DNA of 64,000 nt from a virus. Lineage: Duplodnaviria > Caudoviricetes. The notes below the pieces were generated by a model. That model did not search any database, was not told where the DNA came from, and saw only the letters and a program-made list of their open reading frames with translations. Location: the IMG/VR virus record IMGVR_UViG_3300028197_000002, one strand, 5' to 3'. Shown here piece by piece: positions 28,595-40,182 of this stretch. Every line of letters begins with the position of its first letter. Position 1 is the first letter of the stretch. The position numbers and the translations under genes were made by a program.

Positions 28595-30191
28595 GAAATT
28601 CATGGAAGGTTCTCCTATCTTGATGGGAAATAATACCATACCGGGAGTAGCTATTCCAGATGATCTTCAAAAATTGCTTCCGACGATATATAAAAAAGTA
28701 AGTGAATTTGGTTGCGACTATTATCCAACTGTGGTTGAGATGCTGACCTATGACGAGATAAGTGAAATTGCAGCCTATGGAGGGTTTCCTGTTCGATATC
28801 CACATTGGAAGTGGGGAATGGAGTATGAAGAGCTTCAAAGAGGATATATGTATGGGATGCATAAAATATATGAGTTGGTGATTAACACCAATCCAGTATA
28901 TATTTATTGTTTGGATTCTAATACGTTGGTTGATAATGTCACTGTTGTTGCTCATGCTCTAGGACATGCGGACTTTTTCAAAAATAATATTTATTTTTCT
29001 CAAACTAGTCAGAACATGATGAACCAGTTGGCTAATCACGGAGCTAGGATTAGAAAATATATGAGTCGTTGGGGGAGAGAGAGAGTTACTGAATTTATTG
29101 ATCATGTATTGAGAATAGAAACTTTAATTGATCATTCTAAAGCTTGGCAAAGAAAACAAGTCAAGAATCCAATTATCAAAGATCATAGAGCATATCGTCA
29201 TCCTAAAAGATTGAAATCAAGAGATGATCGTGATTACATGGATGATTATTTGAACCCAAAAGATTGGATTCAAAATCAAAAAGAAAGAATCGAATTTTTA
29301 GACACAGCGGACTATTTAGATATATTTTCAGATCCCACTAAAGATATTATGAGGTTCATAAGAGATTATGCTCCTCTAAAGCCTTGGGAAGCTGATATAG
29401 TTGCAATGCTTTATGACGAAAGCATGTACTTCGCTCCACAGAGACTCACCAAAACTATAAATGAAGGTTGGGCTTCTTACGTTGATTATAACATAATGGC
29501 AAGGCAAGGATTTACTGCTTTAGGCCAAGATCATGATAGTTCTGGAATAATAGAATATTCTCATCACAAAATGGGAGTGTTAGGTGGCAAGTATTCTATG
29601 AATCCTTATAAGCTTGGCTTTTGTTTGTTTTTGGATATTGAAGAAAGATGGAATAAAGGGCAGTTTGGAACGGAATGGGAAAATTGTGAAGATCTTGCTC
29701 AAAAAGAAAATTGGGATAAAAATCTAAATTTAGGTCATGAAAAAGTATTTGAAGTGAGAACATTTCAAAATGATTTGACTTTAATCATGGAATATTTTAC
29801 CCCAGAGTTCTGTGAGAAATATGAATTCTTCGAATGGAAGAAATATCCAAATGGAGAATATAAAATAGAAAATAGAGATTTTAATAAAATTAAAAATAAA
29901 TTAATAAAAAAATACACTAATGGAGGGTTGCCTGATATTTCTCTTGTAGACCACAATCACAAAGGCAAAAAAGTGCTATTTCTAGAGCATCAAGGTGACG
30001 GAAGGCCTTTATATGATCCTTATATACGCCCTGTGATGCAGTCTCTGAGGTATTTGTGGAAGAATGACGTATGTTTGTCTACAAAGGCTTTAGACGACAC
30101 AGAGCTTATTTATAAGTGTATGGGAGATGATTTGGCAATAGATATTGTAGACGGAAGGCAGTATTTCAGTCATTCTGACGTTTTTGAGTAA
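28587..30191 (+). CDS. spoVR: SpoVR/YcgB family protein
   Basis: GGFPVRYPHWKWG, IYELVINTNP, VVAHALGHADFFKNN, YFAPQ..TK.INEGWASY, NPYKLG. Confidence 0.95.
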   Translation: MSKKFMEGSPILMGNNTIPGVAIPDDLQKLLPTIYKKVSEFGCDYYPTVVEMLTYDEISEIAAYGGFPVRYPHWKWGMEYEELQRGYMYGMHKIYELVINTNPVYIYCLDSNTLVDNVTVVAHALGHADFFKNNIYFSQTSQNMMNQLANHGARIRKYMSRWGRERVTEFIDHVLRIETLIDHSKAWQRKQVKNPIIKDHRAYRHPKRLKSRDDRDYMDDYLNPKDWIQNQKERIEFLDTADYLDIFSDPTKDIMRFIRDYAPLKPWEADIVAMLYDESMYFAPQRLTKTINEGWASYVDYNIMARQGFTALGQDHDSSGIIEYSHHKMGVLGGKYSMNPYKLGFCLFLDIEERWNKGQFGTEWENCEDLAQKENWDKNLNLGHEKVFEVRTFQNDLTLIMEYFTPEFCEKYEFFEWKKYPNGEYKIENRDFNKIKNKLIKKYTNGGLPDISLVDHNHKGKKVLFLEHQGDGRPLYDPYIRPVMQSLRYLWKNDVCLSTKALDDTELIYKCMGDDLAIDIVDGRQYFSHSDVFE

Positions 30192-30258
30192 AATTGGTTT
30201 ATTTTAGGCTTTTCAAGGGGTAAATACATTGTATTTCCTCTTAAATTCAGGAGCCTAA

Positions 30259-30957
30259 ATGAGCAAGAGTGCAACTCCTAGAAAAGCTGCTGTAGAACAA
30301 CTTATTGGTGATGTTCATGGTTACAATGTAAACCATAGTTCTAGAGAGATATATCTTCATGGTTATTTGTCAGATGATGAGGAGCCGGGAGTTGATTATA
30401 GGATGGCTACAAATTTTATAAAAAATTTGCATATCTTACAATCTCAAAACAATAAGAACATTCTAGTTCACATGCACACTATTGGTGGCTGTTGGAGTGA
30501 TGGAATGGCAATGTATAATTCTATTAGAATGATACAATCTCCTCTGACTATATTAGGCTATGCTCAAGCTTCTTCTATGAGTGGGATTATAATTCAAGCT
30601 GCCGACAAAAGAGTAATAATGCCTGATTGCGAATTTATGATACATCATGGTTCTTTATCTGTTTCTGACAACTCAATGGCGGTTAAATCAGCAGTTGATA
30701 GGAATGAAGTCAACTGCAAAAGAATGCTACAGGTGTTTGCTCAAAGAGCAGTTCATGGGAAATTCTTTAAAGATCGAAGCTATGGAATTAGAAAAGCAAT
30801 GAATGTAATTGATCAGAAAATAAAATCTACATCTGATTGGTACATGGATGCTGAAGAAGCTGTTTACTATGGATTTGCTGATGGCATATTAGGGGAAAAA
30901 GGATTTGAAACTATGGCTAAGATAAGAGCAGGAAGAAAAAAGAAAGATTTCAGTTAA
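30259..30957 (+). CDS. clpP: ClpP-like protease subunit 1
   Basis: TIGG, ASSMS (Ser), FMIHH (His), DWYMDAEEAVYYGFAD (Asp). Confidence 0.85.
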   Translation: MSKSATPRKAAVEQLIGDVHGYNVNHSSREIYLHGYLSDDEEPGVDYRMATNFIKNLHILQSQNNKNILVHMHTIGGCWSDGMAMYNSIRMIQSPLTILGYAQASSMSGIIIQAADKRVIMPDCEFMIHHGSLSVSDNSMAVKSAVDRNEVNCKRMLQVFAQRAVHGKFFKDRSYGIRKAMNVIDQKIKSTSDWYMDAEEAVYYGFADGILGEKGFETMAKIRAGRKKKDFS

Positions 30958-30981
30958 GCTTTTGAAGAGGAGGGATGCGAA

Positions 30982-31155
30982 ATGTTTGTTAATTTCTTTT
31001 TGTTTTTGATAATTTTTATTTTTTTATTGGGAGTTTTTTGCATATCTATGAGTCTATTTGTTAAGGATTCAAAACAAAACTTACATTTTAAGATTAAAAA
31101 AAAATCAGAAGTAGACTTGTCACCAATTATTGAAGAGATCGAAGATGATTTCTAG
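30982..31155 (+). CDS. 57-aa single-pass membrane protein (not in track)
   Basis: MFVNFFLFLIIFIFLLGVFCISMSLFVKDSKQ...; SD GAGGAGG. Confidence 0.6.
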   Translation: MFVNFFLFLIIFIFLLGVFCISMSLFVKDSKQNLHFKIKKKSEVDLSPIIEEIEDDF

Positions 31156-31188
31156 CAACAATTATTTTTTGTTTTTTAATTTTCATCA

Positions 31189-31217
31189 TTGTAGTCGATC
31201 AGTTTTTCTACTATAAT
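31189..31217 (+). promoter_or_regulatory. Sigma70-like promoter of dnaE N-part
   Basis: TTGTAG-N17-TATAAT. Confidence 0.5.
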
Positions 31218-31261
31218 CATTTATTGAATTTATTTAGAAAGTCAGACCTGAGAATTTAAAA

Positions 31262-32659
31262 ATGAAAATTGTTGGATTTGAACATTTACATTTACACACT
31301 GATTTTTCTGTTTTGGATGGCTATGGAACTGTGCATGAGTATGCAAAAAGAGCAAGAGAGATAAATCAACAGTTCCTTTGCGTGAGTGATCATGGATCTT
31401 TAGGTGCTGTTCCCAGACAAGTGCAGGCTTGCGAAAAGTATGGAGTCAATCCTATATTTGCTTGTGAACTTTATGTAAACCCTCTTCAGCCTGCATCGAA
31501 GTCTCATAAGTCTTCTAAAATTACAGAAGACATGTCTCCAGAAGAAAGAAAGGCATTTAAGAAATCTTATCATTTGCTTGCAATCGCTTATAGTCAGCAA
31601 GGATATGTTAATTTAGTTAATTTATCATCTGCTGCTTGGACTAAGGGTTTTTATTACAAACCTAGAGTTAATCATGAGCTTTTAACTAAGCACAAAGAAG
31701 GTTTGATTTTTACTTCTTGTTGTTACAACTCCGAAATAGGTCAAGCTTTTGATAGGGGTGGTGAAGAAGCAGGTTTCGATGCTGTTGAGAAATACATAGA
31801 TCTTTTCGGTAAAGAAAATTTCTATTTAGAAATGATGCTTTTAGATTTCAACAAGCAAAAGCCATATAATAAATTCATTATAAAGGCTCATGAAAGATAT
31901 GGTTTGAAATTAACATTAGCAAATGACTGTCATTATTGCATGGAAGAAGATAGTAAAATGCAAAGACTTATGCTTATGGTTCAAACTAAAAATACTGTGA
32001 AAGACATAGAAGCGAAATTAGCTGCTGATGATACTGCTGATTTGTTTGAACTTCAAGATACTAATTTGTGGATGAAGTCAGAAGAAGAATTAAATTTCAA
32101 GTGGAAAAAAGATTATGCCGAAGATATTCCTTATGAGTTGTTTGAACAAGCTAAAATTAATACGACAAAAATAGCAGAAAAATCAAAAGGCGTTGAATTA
32201 GATAGGTCTATTAAGCTTCCTTATATGGAAGATGCTGATTTAAAATTATTAGAGGCTATTGAAGAAGGATTTTTAAAAAGACATCTTCCTAAAAATAAAA
32301 CTTACTTGGGAAGAGTAAAAGAAGAGTATTCTCTTATTTGCAATAAAGGGTTTGCTTCTTATTTTCTTATTCAAAAAATAATGACAGACGAAGCCAGAAG
32401 GATTTGTCCCACTTTACTGGGGTACGGAGATGGCTCAGAGGCAGTTGGTCCCGGAAGAGGAAGTGCTGTCGGCGCTTTGACTTGTTATTGCTTAGGCATT
32501 ACGGATGTAGACCCAATTAAGCATGATTTGCTTTTTTCAAGGTTTTTAAGTCCTTCTCGTGGTGGAAAGCAAATGAAATTGAGATTTTCGATAGATCCGA
32601 TAGAGGTCACAGAAGAATTTGCGAATGATTGTCCTTTTGATGTTCCTTTTAATTATTGA
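31262..32659 (+). CDS. dnaE: DNA polymerase III alpha (DnaE), N-terminal fragment (PHP + first palm segment)
   Basis: HLHLHTDFSVLDG, SDHG, ACE, HLL, CC, NDCHY; GPGRGSAVG; ends after FSRFLSPSR. Confidence 0.93.
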   Translation: MKIVGFEHLHLHTDFSVLDGYGTVHEYAKRAREINQQFLCVSDHGSLGAVPRQVQACEKYGVNPIFACELYVNPLQPASKSHKSSKITEDMSPEERKAFKKSYHLLAIAYSQQGYVNLVNLSSAAWTKGFYYKPRVNHELLTKHKEGLIFTSCCYNSEIGQAFDRGGEEAGFDAVEKYIDLFGKENFYLEMMLLDFNKQKPYNKFIIKAHERYGLKLTLANDCHYCMEEDSKMQRLMLMVQTKNTVKDIEAKLAADDTADLFELQDTNLWMKSEEELNFKWKKDYAEDIPYELFEQAKINTTKIAEKSKGVELDRSIKLPYMEDADLKLLEAIEEGFLKRHLPKNKTYLGRVKEEYSLICNKGFASYFLIQKIMTDEARRICPTLLGYGDGSEAVGPGRGSAVGALTCYCLGITDVDPIKHDLLFSRFLSPSRGGKQMKLRFSIDPIEVTEEFANDCPFDVPFNY

Positions 32660-32710
32660 AAATTTGATTCAATTTAACTATACTAGCTTAACAAGGAGTT
32701 TTTAAATAAA

Positions 32711-32968
32711 ATGAACATCAAAATATTAACTTTATCTACTGGTGTCGATATATTGGGATACATTGAATCTGAGGAAAGTAATTATTTCTTAGTTTCTAAT
32801 CCTTATGTTATTAAGGCGTCAATAACAGATACGGAAGAAACCTTTACGCCTTATACTACATTTTCTGATAATAGTGTAAAGATATTTAAAACAGCAGTGG
32901 TTGCTGAATTTGAGCCAGTTGAAAGACTTAAGATTTCTTACGCTGAAAAATTCGAAATTCCTGTTTGA
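32711..32968 (+). CDS. Conserved T4-like phage small protein (Sm-like fold suspected)
   Basis: IKILTLSTGVDILG..NPYVI..PYTTF pattern; SD AGGAG. Confidence 0.5.
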   Translation: MNIKILTLSTGVDILGYIESEESNYFLVSNPYVIKASITDTEETFTPYTTFSDNSVKIFKTAVVAEFEPVERLKISYAEKFEIPV

Positions 32969-33729
32969 TTATTTAGGAATTAAAAATTTTACTCTGACTT
33001 TATATGGGAAGCTTTGCGATCCTACGATTGCTTCTTGTTGATTATATTTACTTATAATCAATTTGTCAGCTTTGGGAAATAAAGATTTCATCCCTTCAAC
33101 TTTGTATCCTTTTGCTTTTAAGAAATCATTTAGTTTTTTCTCTATTTGATTTTTAGCATCTTTTTCACTTGAAGCAGTAATAACACCTGAGATATCAGCG
33201 ACAACTTCTATTCCACCTGTGCCTAAGTCTTCTGATTGTATGACGTCTATCATTGTGTCGCTGAATGTGACTTTTGATACGCCATCTTTTATTTCTTGAA
33301 TGTGTTTTGTGATGACTTGAGTATCGGCTTTCATTTTTGCCCCAAGTTTAAATAGTCTTTCTTCACTTGGAGATCTTTTGTCTCCAAAATCATATTCTAA
33401 ACTCGGTCGATTTTTTTTAAGCCAATCCCTATCTTGCTTAAAATCTTTTACGGCTTGTTTGTCTCCTTGCATGTCCGAGTAGGAATATGCATATTGTTGT
33501 TGATTTGGAGATTGTGCGGACACTTGTCCTATTCCAGCACCAGCCATTGCCGCAGCTAATGTTGCAGCCTTAGCTGTCTTTCCTAGTTTTGATTTTCCTA
33601 GCTTTTGTAACAATCCCGCTTCTAATAGATCAACAAGTTGCTCTTGAGTAGGTTCATCGTATCCTTCTTCGATAAGAATAGACTTGATAACTTTTATATC
33701 TTTGTCTTGTGTGTATTCTTTGAATGTTT

Positions 33730-33733
<4 letters not shown>
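32969..33733 (-). CDS. CTS-like putative virion protein with internal signal-peptide-like segment
   Basis: MKTFKEYTQD; LLEAG then KTAKAATLAAAMAGAGIGQVSA. Confidence 0.7.
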
Positions 33734-35028
<1,295 letters not shown>

Positions 35029-35058
35029 TATTAAATTCTCCTATTAAGTAAACATTAT

Positions 35059-35066
35059 TATTTATA
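35059..35066 (-). promoter_or_regulatory. T4-type late promoter motif
   Basis: TATAAATA on the minus strand 30 nt before the 35028 start. Confidence 0.55.
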
Positions 35067-35150
35067 CTCCACGTTGTAATTTTGAATTGGTTTTTTATTG
35101 ATGATTTGTTATAATGTAAACTTAATTTTAGTTAAATAAAAAGGAATTTT

Positions 35151-36140
35151 ATGCCTGTTGTAAATACTCAATGTGACGAAGAGTCTGATTGGCTAGACTC
35201 TGTTTCCCCTGTTTCGGTTAATTCGGTGGAGTTCGAACTCGAATCGCCAAATTATCGAGGATTGAAGCAATTCACGACCACAGACGGCAAGAAATTCTTT
35301 GCAGCAGGGTCTACTGTTTCATCTTTGGTTCCGGGCACATATAACATTAAAGTGGATAATTCTGCTGGAATTTGTTTTCAAAAAATAGATATTGCGACTG
35401 ATGGGCTTTTAAGATTCCCAAATAGTAATTCTGAAAAGGTTATTGAAGAGATTTCTAAGTTTTGGGATCGAGAGTCTGTATTTAAGAAATACAATCTTAA
35501 TTATAAAAGAGGAATATTTTTATATGGACCACCCGGATCGGGGAAATCTTCAACAATACAAATTGTGTCAGAGGGTGTCGTAAAAAGAAACGGAGTTGTT
35601 TTTAAATTTAACAATCCATCTGTGTTTGTTGAAGGAATTAGAATTTTCAGAGAAATTCAACCAAACACTCCTGTCGTTGTTTTAATGGAAGATATTGACT
35701 CCACAATTGAAGCTTTTAATGAATCAGAAGTTTTAAATATATTAGATGGAGTTGATCAAGCAAGTAAAATTGTTTTTTTAGCCACAAGCAATTACCCAGA
35801 GCTTTTAAGTCAAAGGCTTTTAAATAGGCCAAGCAGATTTGATAAAAGATTTAAAATGGAACACCCTGATGAAAATGCAAGAAGATTGTATTTTAATAAT
35901 TTAATTGATGACGAAGCCATAGAAAATTCATCAATTGACATTGACCAATGGGTAGCAGAAACAGAGAATATGTCTATTGCTCACTTGAAAGAATTGTTTA
36001 TTACTGTTTGCATACTTGGGAATTCTTATACTGATTCTTTAGGGGCTTTGAAAGGTATGAGCAACATACCTCGTTCAGATGCAGATTATGATAAGAAAGT
36101 GGGGTTTGGTGTTAATTCTGGTGGGAAAGGTTGGAGATAA
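35151..36140 (+). CDS. AAA+ ATPase
   Basis: LYGPPGSGKSS, MEDID, LNILDG, ATSNYPE, RPSRFD. Confidence 0.9.
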   Translation: MPVVNTQCDEESDWLDSVSPVSVNSVEFELESPNYRGLKQFTTTDGKKFFAAGSTVSSLVPGTYNIKVDNSAGICFQKIDIATDGLLRFPNSNSEKVIEEISKFWDRESVFKKYNLNYKRGIFLYGPPGSGKSSTIQIVSEGVVKRNGVVFKFNNPSVFVEGIRIFREIQPNTPVVVLMEDIDSTIEAFNESEVLNILDGVDQASKIVFLATSNYPELLSQRLLNRPSRFDKRFKMEHPDENARRLYFNNLIDDEAIENSSIDIDQWVAETENMSIAHLKELFITVCILGNSYTDSLGALKGMSNIPRSDADYDKKVGFGVNSGGKGWR

Positions 36141-38746
36141 TGGACAGCAGAGAAGAACTAATTAAAATTTGCATAACTGAAATGCAAAACAAAAACTTAA
36201 ATGATTCATTCTATAAGGATCGTTTGAAAAAAGAGTTTAAAGAAATAGACATTCAATCTGAACATGATTATTTTATAAAAATTTATGATAAAAAATTAAA
36301 GTTTGATAAAAATGAAAATAATCTTTTAGTGTGTTATTTGTTAGGAGCTTGCGATCAATTTGATAAAGATGTTGATCCTGTATATTCGCAAGGTGAGTTT
36401 CCTGATATTGATGTTGATTATCTTCCTGCTATTCAAGATTATTTAAGAAATAAATTTTGCCCAAAAGCTTTTGGAAGAGAAAATGTTGTAAACATAGGAA
36501 ATTATGGAACTTTTGGAATTAAATCTGCCTTATTAGATATGGCTAGGGTTCACGGTGCCGACAGAACAGAGATACAGACGATAACCAAAAATCTACAAGA
36601 TAAAGACGAAGAGGGTCAGCCACTAACATGGGAAAAGGCACTAGAGATTTCTCCTGCTTTGAGTGAGTATTGTGAAAGTTACCCAGAGGTTACAGATGCT
36701 GCTCGAAGATTAATTAATAGAAATAGAAGTAGAGGAAAACATGCTGGTGGAACTGTTATCTCAAGTGTTAAAATAGATGACTTTGTTCCAATTATGATAG
36801 ACACTGATGGGAATCCAGTTTCTGGTTGGACGGAAGGACTTCACGATCAAGATTTACAGCCTGTTGGTCTAATTAAATTTGATGTTCTTGCGATTAAAGA
36901 CTTGTTGAGAATTTCTACTTGTTGCCAATTGATCAGACAAAGGCATCCAGAAGTAAAATCAATTTGCGCATTGAAAAATGGTTCCGATTGGAGTGATATT
37001 TCTTACTTAGATGATTCTCAAGCTATTGAATTGGCGAACCAAGCCAAGACAAGAGGTGTTTTTCAATTTGATAGCGAAGGAATGAGAAACCTTGTTAAGT
37101 CAGGGGGAGTTAGCTCTTTTGAAGATTTGGTTGCGTACACAGCATTGTTTCGTCCCGGACCATTAGGAATGGGAATGCATGAAAAATATATTGATAGAAA
37201 AAAAGGCCGAGAGGATTGGAATGAAGACACTCCTGATTGTATAAAAGATATTTTAGGAACAACTTATGGTGTTTTATGTTATCAAGAGCAAGTAATGAAA
37301 GTTCTCAATAGAGTTGGAGACATTCCTCTTATTCATTGTGAGAAAATTAGAAAAGCGATCAGCAAGAAGAAGACAGATGAATTCATAAAGTATAAAGAAA
37401 TGTTTTTGGAGAAAGGTTCTGTAAAAACAGGATGGCCGCTTGTGTCAGAAGACAACAAGAACATGAATTATCTTTGGAGCCAAATCGAAGCTTTTGCTGG
37501 ATATGGTTTCAATAAGTCTCATGCCGTTGCGTACACTTATATATCTTCAAGATTGCTGTGGTTAAAGACTCACTATCCACTAGAGTTTTTTAACACCACT
37601 TTTAGGTTAGAGGCAGATGAAGACAAGGTTCGATCTTATAAAAGAGAAGCAGAAAAGCTTGGAATAGAAATTAAAAAATGTGATGCAAATAAATCAAAAG
37701 CAAGTTATGAAATTGTAGATGACAAGATTTACATAGGATTTTCAAACATAAAAGGAATTGGCAAAGATGTCGCGGATGAAATGGTCCGCAAGCAGCCTTA
37801 TTGTGGACTAGAAGATTTCCTTGAAAGGTTTGGGACTGACAAAAGAATTGTTGAACCTTTGATATATCTTGAGATTTTCAAAGAAAAGCCAATTAATTTC
37901 TTATTGGAATTTTATGAAGAATATAAAAAATGGTCTAAAAGTAAAACGGATCGAGGAAAGCGACAGGGAAAAAGAAAAAAAGAACTTAAGGAAATAATAT
38001 TTTCTTTTCTTAAAGAAGAACTGTTAGAAGATGGGAAAATAGATGAAATTCTAAGTGAAGATAAGTTGCTTTATCTTCATGACAACTTTGAAGAATTTGA
38101 CAATTCGCTTCTTTCGGTAGAGTTTTCTAAAGAGGATTTGCTTCCTACTTTGAAAAAATATTATAGGTCTGTCACAAGTTATAGAGAAAAGATACGAGTG
38201 ATCGAAAATGATCCGCTATCTTTGAATAATTGGAATTCTACTGATAAGTACAAGCTAAGTTCTATTCCCAATCAATTTGATATTGAGAAAAAATATTATG
38301 GATTTAGTTGGCAACACCCTCTTGAGAAAAGCCCTGATTATTATGGAGATAATTTATCTTTCAATAGATTTAAAGATGACGATTCAATATTGAAAACAGG
38401 CGTGGAATGCATGATTATAAAAAAGCCTGAAGAAAAAATATCTAAAAAGGGAAACAAGTATTACTATGTTTTGGTTGAAGATGATAACTGGAATATTGAA
38501 GTCGTCACTTTTTGGGAAGAAGACTATTTGAGATTTAAAGATGAGATTAATTATTGGAATGAAGATGAAAAAAGAGGCAACTTACTACAATTAAGATGTA
38601 CAAGGCCCGGAAAAGGATTTAAATCTTATACTTTTGAATCGCCTTCCAAGCGAGATAGGCACAAATTGCCTGAAGACAAAAAGAAAGACTATAGACTTAG
38701 AGTCATGAGGGCGCCAATTTTAAGAGGTGAAGAATCTAATGAGTGA
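36140..38746 (+). CDS. dnaE: DNA polymerase III alpha (DnaE), C-terminal catalytic fragment
   Basis: FPDIDVDY, GKHAGG, IKFDVLA, GVFQFDS, LFRPGP, YQEQVM, AGYGFNKSHAVAY, FSNIKGIG. Confidence 0.93.
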   Translation: MDSREELIKICITEMQNKNLNDSFYKDRLKKEFKEIDIQSEHDYFIKIYDKKLKFDKNENNLLVCYLLGACDQFDKDVDPVYSQGEFPDIDVDYLPAIQDYLRNKFCPKAFGRENVVNIGNYGTFGIKSALLDMARVHGADRTEIQTITKNLQDKDEEGQPLTWEKALEISPALSEYCESYPEVTDAARRLINRNRSRGKHAGGTVISSVKIDDFVPIMIDTDGNPVSGWTEGLHDQDLQPVGLIKFDVLAIKDLLRISTCCQLIRQRHPEVKSICALKNGSDWSDISYLDDSQAIELANQAKTRGVFQFDSEGMRNLVKSGGVSSFEDLVAYTALFRPGPLGMGMHEKYIDRKKGREDWNEDTPDCIKDILGTTYGVLCYQEQVMKVLNRVGDIPLIHCEKIRKAISKKKTDEFIKYKEMFLEKGSVKTGWPLVSEDNKNMNYLWSQIEAFAGYGFNKSHAVAYTYISSRLLWLKTHYPLEFFNTTFRLEADEDKVRSYKREAEKLGIEIKKCDANKSKASYEIVDDKIYIGFSNIKGIGKDVADEMVRKQPYCGLEDFLERFGTDKRIVEPLIYLEIFKEKPINFLLEFYEEYKKWSKSKTDRGKRQGKRKKELKEIIFSFLKEELLEDGKIDEILSEDKLLYLHDNFEEFDNSLLSVEFSKEDLLPTLKKYYRSVTSYREKIRVIENDPLSLNNWNSTDKYKLSSIPNQFDIEKKYYGFSWQHPLEKSPDYYGDNLSFNRFKDDDSILKTGVECMIIKKPEEKISKKGNKYYYVLVEDDNWNIEVVTFWEEDYLRFKDEINYWNEDEKRGNLLQLRCTRPGKGFKSYTFESPSKRDRHKLPEDKKKDYRLRVMRAPILRGEESNE

Positions 38747-39221
38747 AATAATTAATGAAGAAAATTTTGACCGGTATTTTAAAGATGTAAGGCAAAACAA
38801 GCCTGAAAAAGATGATATTATTGCAAAGTACTCTGCCATAGCAGAATTTGTTGATGGTGGTGAAAAAAGACAAATAATATCATTGCTAATGACCACAGAA
38901 GACAAAATGGAGGCAACTGCTCAAATAATGAGAAAGCTTCTTTTTGCTTCCGAAAGAGATGCTTTAAAAGTTCCAAGAACAATGGCGGAAGACTTGATTT
39001 CTGGTATGTCTACCGATGAAGTGGCAGAAAAATCATATAAATATAAAGTTGAAATTTTTTATTATACTAAAAAAGAGCATTTGCCATTAGATGATCCTCA
39101 CTGGAGTAGTATTTCAATAATTGATATGAATGAAATTGATTCTAAGGTGAAAGCCAAGCATTTTAGCGATGAGGAAAATGACCAAGAGAATCTTAAAATT
39201 GCAAATAAAAATGAAAAATAA
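38727..39221 (+). CDS. Hypothetical protein
   Basis: 164-aa ORF overlapping the dnaE stop. Confidence 0.7.
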   Translation: MKNLMSEIINEENFDRYFKDVRQNKPEKDDIIAKYSAIAEFVDGGEKRQIISLLMTTEDKMEATAQIMRKLLFASERDALKVPRTMAEDLISGMSTDEVAEKSYKYKVEIFYYTKKEHLPLDDPHWSSISIIDMNEIDSKVKAKHFSDEENDQENLKIANKNEK

Positions 39222-39257
39222 GCAATATATATTATAAGTCACAGAGGAATATTAAAT

Positions 39258-39941
39258 ATGAATGATTACATGCAAGATTTTAAAGATGATATGGATAATT
39301 ACACAGCCAAATGGGAAAAGGCTTTAGAGGATGGAGTATTTGACAATGCAGATGGCGAAATTCCATCTTTAAATCAACAAACCTCCAAAGATAGTTTTTT
39401 TGGTTTTTCCAATACAAATCCAACAAGTGAGCCTGCCGCTTCGGATTCTGAATATTGGAACGCAATTAATTCTGCCTCTGAAGATCATGCATCTTCGCCT
39501 CATCCATTGAATGAAGTGATGGCAGAAGCAGCTTGGGAAGGTACTCCGATCCCTCAAGACCTCCCACAGGCAGTGCGTGGTGAAGGTCATAAGCAGAGTC
39601 CATCGAATCCTCAAGCTAGAGACAGTATGGGAATGGATCAAGAATTAAAAAAGCAATCTCTTGGTATGACTTATACCCAAGAAGAATTAAGCAAGCTTGC
39701 TGAAATAAAAACAACCTTGTATGATCTTGAAGCTAAAATGTTAACTTCTTTAGGAATGGGAGATGACAAAGGGGCAAGTAAAGTTAGCGCTCAAATACAA
39801 AAAGTTAAAAAAGAAATGAATGAGCTTTCTGATGAAATTGGAAGAGCTTATGCAAATCCTACAGAACCTGAAGATGGCACAGGCCCTCATTCTTCTGACA
39901 ACCCGATGGTTACCCAGCCAAAACAACTTAAAAACATTTAG
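39258..39941 (+). CDS. Hypothetical protein (possibly late)
   Basis: 227-aa ORF; TATATA and SD GAGG upstream. Confidence 0.7.
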   Translation: MNDYMQDFKDDMDNYTAKWEKALEDGVFDNADGEIPSLNQQTSKDSFFGFSNTNPTSEPAASDSEYWNAINSASEDHASSPHPLNEVMAEAAWEGTPIPQDLPQAVRGEGHKQSPSNPQARDSMGMDQELKKQSLGMTYTQEELSKLAEIKTTLYDLEAKMLTSLGMGDDKGASKVSAQIQKVKKEMNELSDEIGRAYANPTEPEDGTGPHSSDNPMVTQPKQLKNI

Positions 39942-39956
39942 TAGTGGAGATAAAGT

Positions 39957-40160
39957 GTGGATGCTGTTTTTTACATTTCGTTAATTGTATTTTTAGTTTC
40001 TTTAGTAGGAGTTTTTTACTTTAGAAACCAAAGAAAAAAACAAGATGATCTCCAAGCGCAGTTTGTAGTCACAGGGACATTGGCTTTAATATTTACTATT
40101 GTTTGTTTTTTGTCTGCAATCTGCACCATTTTGAATTTTCTATGGAAATGGGTCATCTAA
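39957..40160 (+). CDS. Small two-TM membrane protein
   Basis: GTG start with SD GGAG; two hydrophobic helices flanking RNQRKK. Confidence 0.65.
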   Translation: MDAVFYISLIVFLVSLVGVFYFRNQRKKQDDLQAQFVVTGTLALIFTIVCFLSAICTILNFLWKWVI

Positions 40161-40182
40161 TTCCTCTTTTGCAAAAAGAATA

